Source of the DNA: Acidobacteriota bacterium
GTDB lineage: Bacteria > Acidobacteriota > UBA890 > WLXD01
DNA: 64,000 nt
NCBI GenBank assembly: GCA_965205505.1
Contig: CBDBHB010000009.1
Coordinates: 2,048,001-2,112,000, forward strand
Direction: 5' to 3'
The position numbers and the translations under genes are program-made. The notes under the pieces were generated by a model that was not told the DNA's origin, made no database searches, and was given only the letters and a program-made list of their open reading frames with translations. Positions 10,090 to 20,061 of this stretch are shown one piece after another; position 1 is the first letter of the stretch; each line of letters starts with the position of its first letter.

Positions 10090-10800
10090 GCCCGTGCCGA
10101 GTACGGGGCGCAGTTTCGCACCGACATAGAGTCGTTCGTTTCGCGCGAGGCCGTAGACGGCTCCGTTGTCCCCGGCCGCATTGAGCTGCGGCCGCAGGCA
10201 GGCGTCAGCTACCACGGGTTCCTCGACTTCGCGGGGGGCAGTGGTCAGGACAGCGCGACGCTGGCGGTAGGCCACGCAGAGAAACACGCCGACGAGCGGG
10301 TCGCGGTCCTCGACGCCGTGCGCGAGGTGCGGCCGCCGTTCAGCCCCCGACCCAGGTGTGCGGCGACTTCGCGGCCCTGTTGAAGCGCTACCGCGTCACG
10401 AGGGCAACAGCCGACCGGTTCGCGGGTGACTTCCCGGCCGAGCAGATGCGCGGCCACGGCATCAAGGTGGAGCCGGCCGATAGGGCGAAGTCGGACCTCT
10501 ACAAGGCATTCCTGCCGATGCTGAACAGCGACCAAGTCGAGCTGCTGGACTTGCCGCGGCTGCGTACCCAACTCGCTTCACTGGAACGGCGTGTGGGGCG
10601 GTCTGGGCGCGACAGCATCGACCATCCGGCAAACGGACACGATGATGTAGTCAAACAGCGCGGCCGGCGCGCTCGTGCTTGCTGGAGCACGCGACCGCAT
10701 GCCGCAAGGACTCTTGTTCGTTGGACCGCCTTCTGAGAGTGAGATCGCAGAACTCGATGCGGAGTTGGTTCACCTCAAGAAGGAATTAGGTCTCGCATGA
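10090..10800 (+). pseudogene. Terminase large subunit-like C-terminal nuclease fragment, frameshifted
   Basis: AEYGAQF, FLDFAGGSGQDS and IDHPANGHDD RNase H-like TerL motifs across two frameshifts; ends EIAELDAELVHLKKELGLA*. Confidence 0.7.
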
Positions 10801-10979
10801 GCTATCGACAACGCATTCGGGAGCGCCTGGGGCGGCAAGTGTCAGACGAACTGGACGACAAGCCGTCGCCGAACGATGGGCAACACGATCGAGAGGACGA
10901 GGCCGCGCGTAAGCGAGCCGAACTTGAGGTACTGCGACGCATCCGTGAGGTCGGCTATTGGTGGCCCGATGGCTCGTGA
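10797..10979 (+). CDS. Small conserved protein coupled to TerL
   Basis: ATGA overlap with TerL; homolog at 34621-34797 (EAARKRAxLEVLRRIREVGxWWxDGS). Confidence 0.7.
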   Translation: MSYRQRIRERLGRQVSDELDDKPSPNDGQHDREDEAARKRAELEVLRRIREVGYWWPDGS

Positions 10980-11124
10980 TTCGCATCTTGGGCGGTGGAC
11001 GCGAACTAGGAGCAGCACCGTTCACGGTTCCTTCGAGGAAGACTGGACGCTCAACGACCAGCCGAAAGGGCCTAGGAGCCGGCGGCCGGTGCGCCGCGAC
11101 TGAGGGCCCAGAGCTTTCGTACCG

Positions 11125-11520
11125 TCAGGTAGTCTGACCCGGAAACGCGTAGTGTCGCTCGCGTCGGTACAGTCCCGGCGCAACGAACATCCAAACCTGG
11201 TAGATGATCACCGGAGACGCGACAAGGAACCCCGACAGCGCGGCGACCTTCAAATAGAGGATGAACGGCTCGGTAAGCGAAAGGTACGCGGGCCGTTCGT
11301 CGCTGGGGAGCAATTCGACAATCGGCCGGGTCAGAAGGCTGTAGATGTCCGCCGCGAACGCCCAGCACACCACCATCCCGATGACGAACGTCACCAAGCT
11401 GACGATGAGGCGTCGGCGGAGCTCGGTCAGGTGACCGAGCAACGTCATTTCCGGTAGTGTCTCGCTCCGGCCAGCTCCCGACTGGTCGGCGGCCATCGTC
11501 GCGCCTTCAGACTCGCTCAC
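11125..11520 (-). pseudogene. tatC: TatC, N-terminal half only
   Basis: EMTLLGHLTELRRRL and YQVWMFVAPGLYRRER; truncated at ~130 aa. Confidence 0.9.
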
Positions 11521-11561
11521 CGCGCGGTTACTCCGACCACTCGCTCAGTCGGTCCACCCGC

Positions 11562-11777
11562 TCAGTCAGTATCGCGAGATCCCGTCCGCTCGCTGCGGTG
11601 CTCATCGAGCGTGATCTCATCTTCAAGCGAGCGTTTCAGGTCGTTCGAGGCTCGTCGGAACTCACTCAGACCCTTGCCAATCGTGCGTCCCAGCTCCGGC
11701 AGACGCTTCGGGCCGAACACCACGAGCGCGATCACCAGGATGATGAGCAGCTCAGTGCCCCCGATCGAGCCGAACAT
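11562..11777 (-). CDS. tatA: Twin-arginine translocase TatA/TatB subunit
   Basis: MFGSIGGTELLIILVIALVVFGPKRLPELGR. Confidence 0.9.
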   Translation of the reverse strand: MFGSIGGTELLIILVIALVVFGPKRLPELGRTIGKGLSEFRRASNDLKRSLEDEITLDEHRSERTGSRDTD

Positions 11778-11879
11778 AATTTCCTCACGACGATTTTTCG
11801 AGACCGGATAGCGACATCATATTGGCCCTTGGGCTGTAGCGACACTCCCATCACGACCGGCGCTCGCGACGCTCGTCGG

Positions 11880-12259
11880 GGCGTTGGTGCATAGCTCCTG
11901 ATCTCAGTGCATCATCGTGGCAAGGTCCCCGATCTGGAGTTGCCACCCATGAAGTACCCGAAACGGAGCCAGTACAAGTACGCGAAGTCTCGATATCGGA
12001 TTCGCAATTGGCCTGAGTACGAGTCGGGCCGGCTACAGCAAGCGCGCCATGGTCGAGAACGCGATCTATCGATACAAGACGATCATCGCCCGAGACATGC
12101 GGAGTCGCACGTTGGTGGGCCAACGCGTGGAAGTGCGACTTGCGTGCAGGATCCTCAATACGATGGCTCGTCTCGGGATGCCCGACAGCTACCGAGTGGC
12201 GTGAACCCCTCTCGGAGGACGGGGAAGCTCCCCTTAGCTCCGAGCCATACACCAACGCC
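11880..12259 (+). mobile_element. IS5-family (IS903-like) internally deleted 380-bp mini-element
   Basis: IRs GGCGTTGGTGCATAGCTC / GAGCCATACACCAACGCC (16/18); Tpase N-terminus YRIRNWPEYE joined to C-terminus GYSKRAMVENAIYRYK...LNTMARLGMP. Confidence 0.85.
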
Positions 12260-12261
12260 AC

Positions 12262-14223
12262 TTAGATCCGCGGGAACCAGCCGTGGCGCATCTGCATGAG
12301 CTCTCCGACCGCGCGGTGCGCCTCGTCGAAGGCGGTCTGGGTGAGATCGATCCCCGAGGCATCGGTGTTGGCGATCGTGATCCGCCCGAAGGGCTGACTG
12401 GCGACCTTCCAGGGCTCCTCGCCGGGAGGCGACTCCGGATCGAACAGCGTGTTGGTCGCCAGGGCGTAGCCGTGCGGCCAGCGGTTCACGGTGATCGCCT
12501 CGATGTCGCGCGCCGGGTCGAAGCCCGCCGGCGACAGCACCCGCGCCATCTGGTCGCGGATCCGTCGTTCGAAGTCCTCGAAGGATGTCTCCAGGAGCGC
12601 TTGTCGCACCGCTCGCATCTGATCCCGAACCGGTGTGCCCGGGGGGATCGGCTCGCCGCGGCGTAGGCCGCGAACCATCGGCTCCCAGGAGAGCACCCCT
12701 CCACCATCCCCCAGCGAGACGACGATCGGGTCGGCGGGCGTGCGCGGTGGATCATAAGTCCCCAGCGTGATCGGTGCGCGAGGGCGGATGGCGCTGTAGA
12801 AAGAACCCGGACACGAAACGGTGGAGACGCCGAGCTCCTCGAATGCCCGCCAGTCGCGCACCAGGACGTTGGTGTACATCTGCACGGCGCGTGCGGCGAG
12901 GCTCAGCGCTTCCTTCTGCTCGGATGGAAGCTCGGGACACAGGTGCGGGATCATGGTGTGGTAGCAGGCCAGCACACAGCCCTTGCCGCGCACCCGGTAG
13001 GCTTTGCCACCGCGGACGTAGGTGATCTCGGTCTCGCGGGAGTCCGAGCTCAAGACCTGCGGTGGATTGCCGACATGCTGCGCGCGGACGGCGGCGCTGT
13101 TGAGCCGCAGACGCACGGGCGAGCGCGGCTCGTCGAGCTTCGAGTAGTCGGTTCGCCGGAGCTCGACGCTCGCCATCGATCCCGCTGGTAGGGCCGCCGG
13201 TATCAACGAGCGCACGATCATCCGCGCGATGTCGGAGTTGCCTGCCGGGAAATAGACGCCGGTGCCGTGGTCCGGGTGGGCCGGTGACTCCGGCGGAACC
13301 TCGAAGCCGAGCCCCTGGAAGCCCGGCAGGCTGCGATAGAGGGCGAACCACGCGCTCGAGGTATCGGCGCCCAAACACCAGACCCCGCCCACCAGCGGCA
13401 GCACGTCCGGATGCACTTGGACGACATCCAGCAGGTAGTCGTAGTAGCTGATGCGTTGCAGCCGTTGGATCTTCTCCTCGCGGGACAGCCCCGGCAGGTA
13501 GTCTCGCGCGTCGTTCCACAGCCGCAGTAGGTCGGCGCGCACCCGCTCGGTGAGCGGCGTGCGGGCGAGGAACTCCTCGGTGGGTCGGCGGACGCTGCCG
13601 GTGACCAGGGCATCCTTGCCGAAGCTCTCCTCGTGGAAGAAGACGGCCGTCTCGAGCCCCATGGACCGGAACATCCCCCGCTGCACGCTGCTGGTCGGAT
13701 GATCGAGCTCGACACCGATGTCCTCGAGCATCTCCCGCGCCGCCAGCGGATAGCGGTCGGGCTGCACCATGCGGACCGTGCCGCCGGTCGCCAGCAGCAC
13801 CTCGCCGTCGTGCTCGAACTCGTTGCGCCTGGCGTGGCCGCCAAAGTCGTCGTGATTCTCGAGGATCAGCACGCGGGCGTCAGGGCTCGTCGCCTTGCGG
13901 AAGAAGTACGCCGCCGCCAGACCGCTGAGGCCGGCGCCGACGACGATCAGGTCGTAGGTCTCGCCGGTGTCCTCGGCGTCATCCCACGTGACGCCGTCGC
14001 GGGCGGCGTGGGCCGCCTCGAACGAGCCGGGGTGCGATCCCCGCATGCCGGTTCGGGCCGGCGGATAGTAGTCGGCCGCCCGCTCGGGAGCATAGGCCTG
14101 GCCCATGCCCCCGGCGCGCAGTCTGGCCGGCAACGCCATCGCACCACCGACCGTGACGCTCACGCCGTTGACGAAGTCGCGCCGGGTGATGTTGCGGTTC
14201 ATCCCGAGGCCGCGGTCACTCAT
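12262..14223 (-). CDS. FAD-dependent oxidoreductase, spermidine dehydrogenase (SpdH)-like, Tat signal; copy A
   Basis: ITRRDFVNG Tat motif; YPPARTGMRGSHPGSFE, VGAGLSGL, NHDDFGGHARRNEF, ITVNRWPHGYA. Confidence 0.85.
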   Translation of the reverse strand: MSDRGLGMNRNITRRDFVNGVSVTVGGAMALPARLRAGGMGQAYAPERAADYYPPARTGMRGSHPGSFEAAHAARDGVTWDDAEDTGETYDLIVVGAGLSGLAAAYFFRKATSPDARVLILENHDDFGGHARRNEFEHDGEVLLATGGTVRMVQPDRYPLAAREMLEDIGVELDHPTSSVQRGMFRSMGLETAVFFHEESFGKDALVTGSVRRPTEEFLARTPLTERVRADLLRLWNDARDYLPGLSREEKIQRLQRISYYDYLLDVVQVHPDVLPLVGGVWCLGADTSSAWFALYRSLPGFQGLGFEVPPESPAHPDHGTGVYFPAGNSDIARMIVRSLIPAALPAGSMASVELRRTDYSKLDEPRSPVRLRLNSAAVRAQHVGNPPQVLSSDSRETEITYVRGGKAYRVRGKGCVLACYHTMIPHLCPELPSEQKEALSLAARAVQMYTNVLVRDWRAFEELGVSTVSCPGSFYSAIRPRAPITLGTYDPPRTPADPIVVSLGDGGGVLSWEPMVRGLRRGEPIPPGTPVRDQMRAVRQALLETSFEDFERRIRDQMARVLSPAGFDPARDIEAITVNRWPHGYALATNTLFDPESPPGEEPWKVASQPFGRITIANTDASGIDLTQTAFDEAHRAVGELMQMRHGWFPRI

Positions 14224-14230
14224 GGCCTTC

Positions 14231-15844
14231 TCAAGCGTGCGGTGCGATCTCGGTCATGTACCACTTGATAAATCCGGCCGGTCCCCCTTCTCGCCGGGCG
14301 TACGGTTGTCCGCCGGCGTGGTTGTAGCGGCTGTTCTGGATGCCGTGCTGGTTGTTCTCGACGATCCATCGATCCTCTCGGTAGGTGACGTCCCAGAGCT
14401 CCATCATGCGCTCCACGTCCACCTCTGCATCCTTGGCGTCGCCCTTGACCAGCCAGAAGATCTCGACATCGGTCGACTGTATGTCTCGTGGGGTGAAGCG
14501 GGCGACCGCGATGTGGTCGTCGTAGGCGGCGAAGAACGACGTCGAGAAACCGGTCGTTGCGCCGCGCCGCTGATGCGTCCACTTGTCGAGGATGAGCGGC
14601 GCCACCGGCTTGCCATCGAGGCTGCCGGTGACGAAGCCGGGTGAGAGATGGCGGGTCACCGTGTAGCTGCTCTGGCTCGCTTGCGGCGACTGCGTCTGCT
14701 CGAGCTGATCGCTGCCATGACAGAGGTGGCACGGCTCGCCCTCGCCGGCCTCCGGCTGTTGCTGCTCCGGGTGCTCGTGGCTCGCCACTTCCTCGTGGAG
14801 GTTGGCGATTTGCTCGGGGCTCATCACGTGCGCTTGCTGCCACCACTGGACCATCACCAACGACTTGTGCGCCGGCTCGCAGTGATAGCACTCCTCGAAG
14901 TTCTCGACCGCCATCTTCCAGTTCGCCTTCGTCGGGTACTGCTTGCGAGCTACTACTTTCAGATTCGCGGTTCCATAGAACTCGCAGACCCCTCGCCACC
15001 TGGTCACGAAGTCGTCGAAGCCCGCTGGTTCTTCGTCGGCCAGGTTGACGAAGATGAAGCCTTCGACCATCTGCACGTGGGCCGGGTGCAGGCCGTGCTG
15101 GTCTTGTTCGAACCCCTCTGGCATCCCGGTCGGCGCCGAGATCAGCTTGCCGTCGAGATCGTAGGTCCAGGCGTGATACGGGCAACGAAAGACCGCTGTG
15201 TTACCGCTCGGTCCTTGTTGGGCTACCGACAGCCGCGAGTCCACCGGCTTGCCGTCGAGCGTCGCCTCGCCCGGCAGGTCCTTGTCGAAACCGTGCAGGC
15301 AGAGCCGCGATCCGCGGTGTCGGCAGACGTTGTGGTAGGCCTTCACGGCACCGTCGTTGGCGCGCGTGATGATGAGGCTGCCGCCACGGCCGAACTCGAA
15401 GACGAAGTAGTCGCCCGGATTGGGAATGCGGCTCTCATGGTCGGCCATGAACCAGAAATGATCTTGCAGGAAGCGCTCTTCGTTCAGCCAGTGCTTCTCG
15501 TCGAGGTAGTACTCGGCCGGAATCGTGGTTCCTTCTTGCCACCCGCCCGGATAGCTGGGGGCCTCGCCGGGTGGCGACATGATGTCCTCCAGCAGCACAT
15601 CGCGACCGTCAAAATCCTCGCCGCCATACGTCACTTCGGGCGGCATCGTGATCGGACCCCGAGGTGCGGCTGCCGCGGCTTTTGCTGCTTCCGACGTTCC
15701 CTTCTCCGCTAACGTTTCACCACGCAGCACCTTGGGAAGCGCCACCGCGGCCGCTCCCGCCGCAACCGAAGTCTTGGCGAAGTCGCGACGGCTGACTTTC
15801 TTGCGCTCGGTGTCCTTGTTGTTCTTGCTGTCTCTCTTACTCAT
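14231..15844 (-). CDS. Rieske non-heme iron oxygenase alpha subunit (GbcA/choline monooxygenase-like), Tat signal; copy A
   Basis: SRRDFAK; CRH...CPYH Rieske ligands; NWK..ENFEECYHC...H and ED catalytic ligands. Confidence 0.9.
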   Translation of the reverse strand: MSKRDSKNNKDTERKKVSRRDFAKTSVAAGAAAVALPKVLRGETLAEKGTSEAAKAAAAAPRGPITMPPEVTYGGEDFDGRDVLLEDIMSPPGEAPSYPGGWQEGTTIPAEYYLDEKHWLNEERFLQDHFWFMADHESRIPNPGDYFVFEFGRGGSLIITRANDGAVKAYHNVCRHRGSRLCLHGFDKDLPGEATLDGKPVDSRLSVAQQGPSGNTAVFRCPYHAWTYDLDGKLISAPTGMPEGFEQDQHGLHPAHVQMVEGFIFVNLADEEPAGFDDFVTRWRGVCEFYGTANLKVVARKQYPTKANWKMAVENFEECYHCEPAHKSLVMVQWWQQAHVMSPEQIANLHEEVASHEHPEQQQPEAGEGEPCHLCHGSDQLEQTQSPQASQSSYTVTRHLSPGFVTGSLDGKPVAPLILDKWTHQRRGATTGFSTSFFAAYDDHIAVARFTPRDIQSTDVEIFWLVKGDAKDAEVDVERMMELWDVTYREDRWIVENNQHGIQNSRYNHAGGQPYARREGGPAGFIKWYMTEIAPHA

Positions 15845-16019
15845 GCCACCCTCGTGCGGCTAGCGGACAGGACGTCTAGGCCCCTGTATGCAAGCACAGG
15901 TGAAATGCCTTTACCATGGGGTCTGTCAAGTCAACGACATGTTTGTCAGATTCCCGAGGCAACGAACCTCTGTCGCCGCCAGCCCCGCGTCGATCGCTCA
16001 CTACGTGGCTCGTTTTCGG

Positions 16020-16332
16020 GGTCCCCTGAGAGGCCGATCTCCCGGAACTTGGCGGCCAGCCACTCGGCGCTCTCCGCATCGGCGGACGTGCCGGTGATCG
16101 GGCCCCAGAACTGCGGATGCCCCCGGTCTCGATACCGCCTTGATATCTCGGCCTGCTCCACGACGTGCTGATGGAGACGCCGGCCGTCGATGTCCGCGTA
16201 CGCCTCGGCGCCGGACGGTAGCGGCCATCGCAGCAACGAATCCTGCAGGTCGTCCAGCGTCGTCGGAGTACTCTCTGATGGCCGGGTACCGGCCTGTCCC
16301 GAGCACGCCGCTGCTGACACTATGAAGGCCAC
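16020..16332 (-). pseudogene. N-terminal fragment of a lipoprotein, probably M28 peptidase-like
   Basis: SAAAC lipobox-like; WG.ITGT.AD.ESAEWLAAKFREIGL then breaks at the duplication junction. Confidence 0.5.
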
Positions 16333-16479
16333 GAACGTCGCCGTTACCCGCGAAACGTGCCCATCGCACCCAATTCACGTCGGGTCACTGTTGTGCACAC
16401 GGAGCCCTCCCGCGATGCGGCGCGACGTGTGGGTGTCCTAATCGTGTGGCTGGATTGTTCAGTTGCTATCGATGCTGAC

Positions 16480-18444
16480 TCAGATCCGCGGGAACCACCC
16501 ATGGCGCATCTGCACGAGCTCTCCGACCGCGCGGTGCGCCTCGTCGAAGGCGGTCTGGGTGAGATCGATCCCCGAGGCATCGGTGTTGGCGATCGTGATC
16601 CGCCCGAAGGGCTGACTGGCGACCTTCCAGGGCTCCTCGCCGGGAGGCGACTCCGGATCGAACAGCGTGTTGGTCGCCAGGGCGTAGCCGTGCGGCCAGC
16701 GGTTCACGGTGATCGCCTCGATGTCGCGCGCCGGGTCGAAGCCCGCCGGCGACAGCACCCGCGCCATCTGGTCGCGGATCCGTCGTTCGAAGTCCTCAAA
16801 GGATGTCTCCAGGAGCGCTTGTCGCACCGCTCGCATCTGATCCCGAACCGGTGTGCCCGGGGGGATCGGCTCGCCGCGGCGTAGGCCGCGAACCATCGGT
16901 TCCCAGGAGAGCACCCCTCCGCCAGCCCCCAGCGAGACGACGATCGGGTCGGCGGGCGTGCGCGGTGGATCATAAGTCCCCAGCGTGATCGGTGCGCGAG
17001 GGCGGATGGCGCTGTAGAACGAGCCCGGACACGAAACGCTGGAGACGCCGAGCTCCTCGAGTGCCCGCCAGTCGCGCACCAGGACGTTGGTGGACATATT
17101 CACGGCGCGTGCGGCGAGGCTCAGCGCTTCCTTCTGCTCGGATGGAAGCTCGGGACACAGGTGCGGGATCATGGTGTGGTAGCAGGCCAACACACAGCCC
17201 TTGCCGCGCACCCGGTAGGCCTTGCCACCGCGGACGTAGGTGATCTCGGTCTCGCGGGAGTCCGAGCTCAAGACCTGCGGTGGATCGCCGACATGCTGCG
17301 CGCGGACGGCGGCGCTGTTGAGCCGCAGACGCACGGGCTGGTGCGGCTCGTCAAGCTTCGAGTAGTTGGTTCGCCGGAGCTCGACGCTCGCCATCGATCC
17401 CGCTGGTAGGGCCGCCGGGATCAACGAGCGCACGATCATCCGCGCGATGTCGGAGTTGCCGGCCGGGAAGTAGACGTCGGTGGTGTCGTGGTCCGGGTGG
17501 GCCGGTGACTCCGGCGGAACCTCGAAGCCGAGCCCCTGGAAGCCCGGCAGGCCGCGATAGAGGGCGAACCACGCGCTCGAGGTATCGGCGCCCAGACACC
17601 AGACCCCACCAACCAGCGGCAGCACGTCCGGATGCACTTGGACGACATCCAGCAGGTAGTCGCGGTAGCTGATGCGTTGAAGCCGCTGGATCTTCTCCGC
17701 CCTGGACAGCCCCGGCAGATAGTCGCGCCGGTCGTTCCAGAGCCGCAGCAGGTCCCGGCGTATCGGCTCAGTGAGCGGCGTCTTGGCGAGGAACTCCTCC
17801 GTGGGTCGCCGGACGCTGCCGTTGACCAGGACGTCCTTCCCGAAGCTCTCCTTGCCAAAGAAAACGGCTGGCTCCAGCCCCAACTCCCTGAACATCCCTC
17901 GATGGACGTTGTTGGTAGGATGATCCAGCTCGACACCGATATCCTGGAGCATCTCCCGCGCCGCCAGCGGGTAGCGCTCCGGCGTCACCATGTAAGACGT
18001 GCCGCCGGTCGCCAGCAGCACCTCGCCGTCGTGCTCGAACTCGTTGCGCCTGGCGTGGCCGCCAAAGTCGTCGTGATTCTCGAGGATCAGCACGCGGGCG
18101 TCAGGGCTCGTCGCCTTGCGGAAGAAGTACGCCGCCGCCAGACCGCTGAGGCCGGCGCCGACGACGATCAGGTCGTAGGTCTCGCCGGTGTCCTCGGCGT
18201 CATCCCACGTGACGCCGTCGCGGGCGGCGTGGGCCGCCTCGAACGAACCGGGGTGCGAGCCGCGCATACCGGTACGGGCCGGCGGGTAATAGTCGGTTGC
18301 CTTCTCGGGGGCGTGGGCCTGGCTGACGCCTGCGGCGCGAAGCCTGGCCGGCAAGGCCATCGCACCGCCGACAGCGACGCTCACGCCGTTGACGAAGTCG
18401 CGCCGGGTGATATTGCGGTCCATTCCGAGTCCACGATCGCGCAT
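16480..18444 (-). CDS. FAD-dependent oxidoreductase, SpdH-like, Tat signal; copy B
   Basis: Same motifs as 12262-14223. Confidence 0.85.
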   Translation of the reverse strand: MRDRGLGMDRNITRRDFVNGVSVAVGGAMALPARLRAAGVSQAHAPEKATDYYPPARTGMRGSHPGSFEAAHAARDGVTWDDAEDTGETYDLIVVGAGLSGLAAAYFFRKATSPDARVLILENHDDFGGHARRNEFEHDGEVLLATGGTSYMVTPERYPLAAREMLQDIGVELDHPTNNVHRGMFRELGLEPAVFFGKESFGKDVLVNGSVRRPTEEFLAKTPLTEPIRRDLLRLWNDRRDYLPGLSRAEKIQRLQRISYRDYLLDVVQVHPDVLPLVGGVWCLGADTSSAWFALYRGLPGFQGLGFEVPPESPAHPDHDTTDVYFPAGNSDIARMIVRSLIPAALPAGSMASVELRRTNYSKLDEPHQPVRLRLNSAAVRAQHVGDPPQVLSSDSRETEITYVRGGKAYRVRGKGCVLACYHTMIPHLCPELPSEQKEALSLAARAVNMSTNVLVRDWRALEELGVSSVSCPGSFYSAIRPRAPITLGTYDPPRTPADPIVVSLGAGGGVLSWEPMVRGLRRGEPIPPGTPVRDQMRAVRQALLETSFEDFERRIRDQMARVLSPAGFDPARDIEAITVNRWPHGYALATNTLFDPESPPGEEPWKVASQPFGRITIANTDASGIDLTQTAFDEAHRAVGELVQMRHGWFPRI

Positions 18445-18528
18445 ACCTATTCCTCGAGTCAGCGCGCCCCTTCGGTTGTGAGCTTCAGAGCACGCCTGCG
18501 GTGATGGACCAAGCGAACGGAGGCCGGC

Positions 18529-20061
18529 TTACGCGTGCGTTGCGATCTCGGTCATGTACCACTTGATGAATCCGGCCGGTCCCCCTTCTCGCGTGGCGTA
18601 CGGTTGCCCGCCGCCGTAGTTGTAGCGACTGTTCTGGATGCCGTGCTGGTTGTTCTCGACGATCCATAGATCCTCTCGGTAGGTGACGTCCCAGAGCTCC
18701 ATCATGCGCTCCACGTCCACCTCTGCATCCTTGGCGTCGCCCTTGACCAGCCAGAAGATCTCGACATCGGTCGACTGTATGTCTCGTGGGGTGAAGCGGG
18801 CAACCGCGATGTGGTCGTCGTAGGCGGCGAAGAACGACGTCGAGAAACCGGTCGTTGCGCCGCGCCGCTGATGCGTCCACTCGTCGAGGATGAGCGGCGC
18901 CACCGGCTTGCCATCGAGGCTGCCGGTGACGAAGCCGGGTGAGAGGTGGCGGTTCATCGTGTAGCTGCTCTGGTTCGCGTTGTCCTGTTGCCGCTCCAAG
19001 TGCTCGTGGCTCACCAGTTCCTGCTCGAGGTTGGCGCGTTGCTCGGGGGTCATCACGTGCGCTTGCTGCCACCACTGGACCATCACCAACGACTTGTGCG
19101 CCGGCTCGCAGTGATAGCACTCCTGGAAGTTCTCGACCGCCAGCTTCCAGTTCGCCTTCGTCGGGTACTGCTTGCGAGCTACTACTTTCAGATTCGCGGT
19201 TCCATAGAACTTGGAGACCCCTCGCCACCTGGTCACGAAGTCGTCGAAGCCCGCTGGTTCTTCGTCGGCCAGGTTGACGAAGATGAAGCCTTCGACCATC
19301 TGCACGTGGGCCGGGTGCAGGCCGTGCTGGTCTTGTTCGAACCCCTCCGGCATCCCGGTCGGCAGCGAGATCAGCTTGCCGTCGAGATCGTAGGTCCAGG
19401 AGTGATACGGGCAACGAAAGACCGCTGTGTTACCGCTCGGTCCCTGTTGGGCTACCGACAGCCGCGAGTCCACCGGCTTGCCGTCGAGCGTCGCCTCGCC
19501 CGGCAGGTCCTTGTCGAAACCGTGCAGGCAGAGCCGCGATCCGCGGTGTCGGCAGACGTTGTGGTAGGCCTTCACGGCACCGTCGTTGGCGCGCGCGATG
19601 ATGAGGCTGCCGCCACGGCCGAACTCGAAGACGAAGTAGTCGCCCGGACTGGGAATGCGGCTCTCATGGTCGGCCATGAACCAGAAATGATCTTGCAGGA
19701 AGCGCTCTTCGTTCAGCCAGTGCTTCTCGTCGAGGTAGTACTCGGCCGGAATCGTGGTTCCTTCTTGCCACCCGCCCGGATAGCTGGGGGCCTCGCCGGG
19801 TGGCGACATGATGTCCTCCAGCAGCACATCGCGACCGTCAAAATCCTCGCCGCCATACGTCACTTCGGGCGGCATCGTGATCGGACCCCGAGGTGCGGCT
19901 GCCGCGGCTTTTGCTGCTTCCGACGTTCCCTTCTCCGCTAACGTTTCACTACGCAGCGCCTTGGGAAGCGCCACCGCAGCTGCTCCTGCCGCAACCGAAG
20001 TCTTGGCGAAGTCACGACGGCTGACCTTCTTTCGCTTGTTCTCCTTTTTGTTCTTGCTCAT
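18529..20061 (-). CDS. Rieske oxygenase alpha subunit, Tat signal; copy B
   Basis: Same motifs as 14231-15844 but lacks the 23-aa insert. Confidence 0.9.
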   Translation of the reverse strand: MSKNKKENKRKKVSRRDFAKTSVAAGAAAVALPKALRSETLAEKGTSEAAKAAAAAPRGPITMPPEVTYGGEDFDGRDVLLEDIMSPPGEAPSYPGGWQEGTTIPAEYYLDEKHWLNEERFLQDHFWFMADHESRIPSPGDYFVFEFGRGGSLIIARANDGAVKAYHNVCRHRGSRLCLHGFDKDLPGEATLDGKPVDSRLSVAQQGPSGNTAVFRCPYHSWTYDLDGKLISLPTGMPEGFEQDQHGLHPAHVQMVEGFIFVNLADEEPAGFDDFVTRWRGVSKFYGTANLKVVARKQYPTKANWKLAVENFQECYHCEPAHKSLVMVQWWQQAHVMTPEQRANLEQELVSHEHLERQQDNANQSSYTMNRHLSPGFVTGSLDGKPVAPLILDEWTHQRRGATTGFSTSFFAAYDDHIAVARFTPRDIQSTDVEIFWLVKGDAKDAEVDVERMMELWDVTYREDLWIVENNQHGIQNSRYNYGGGQPYATREGGPAGFIKWYMTEIATHA

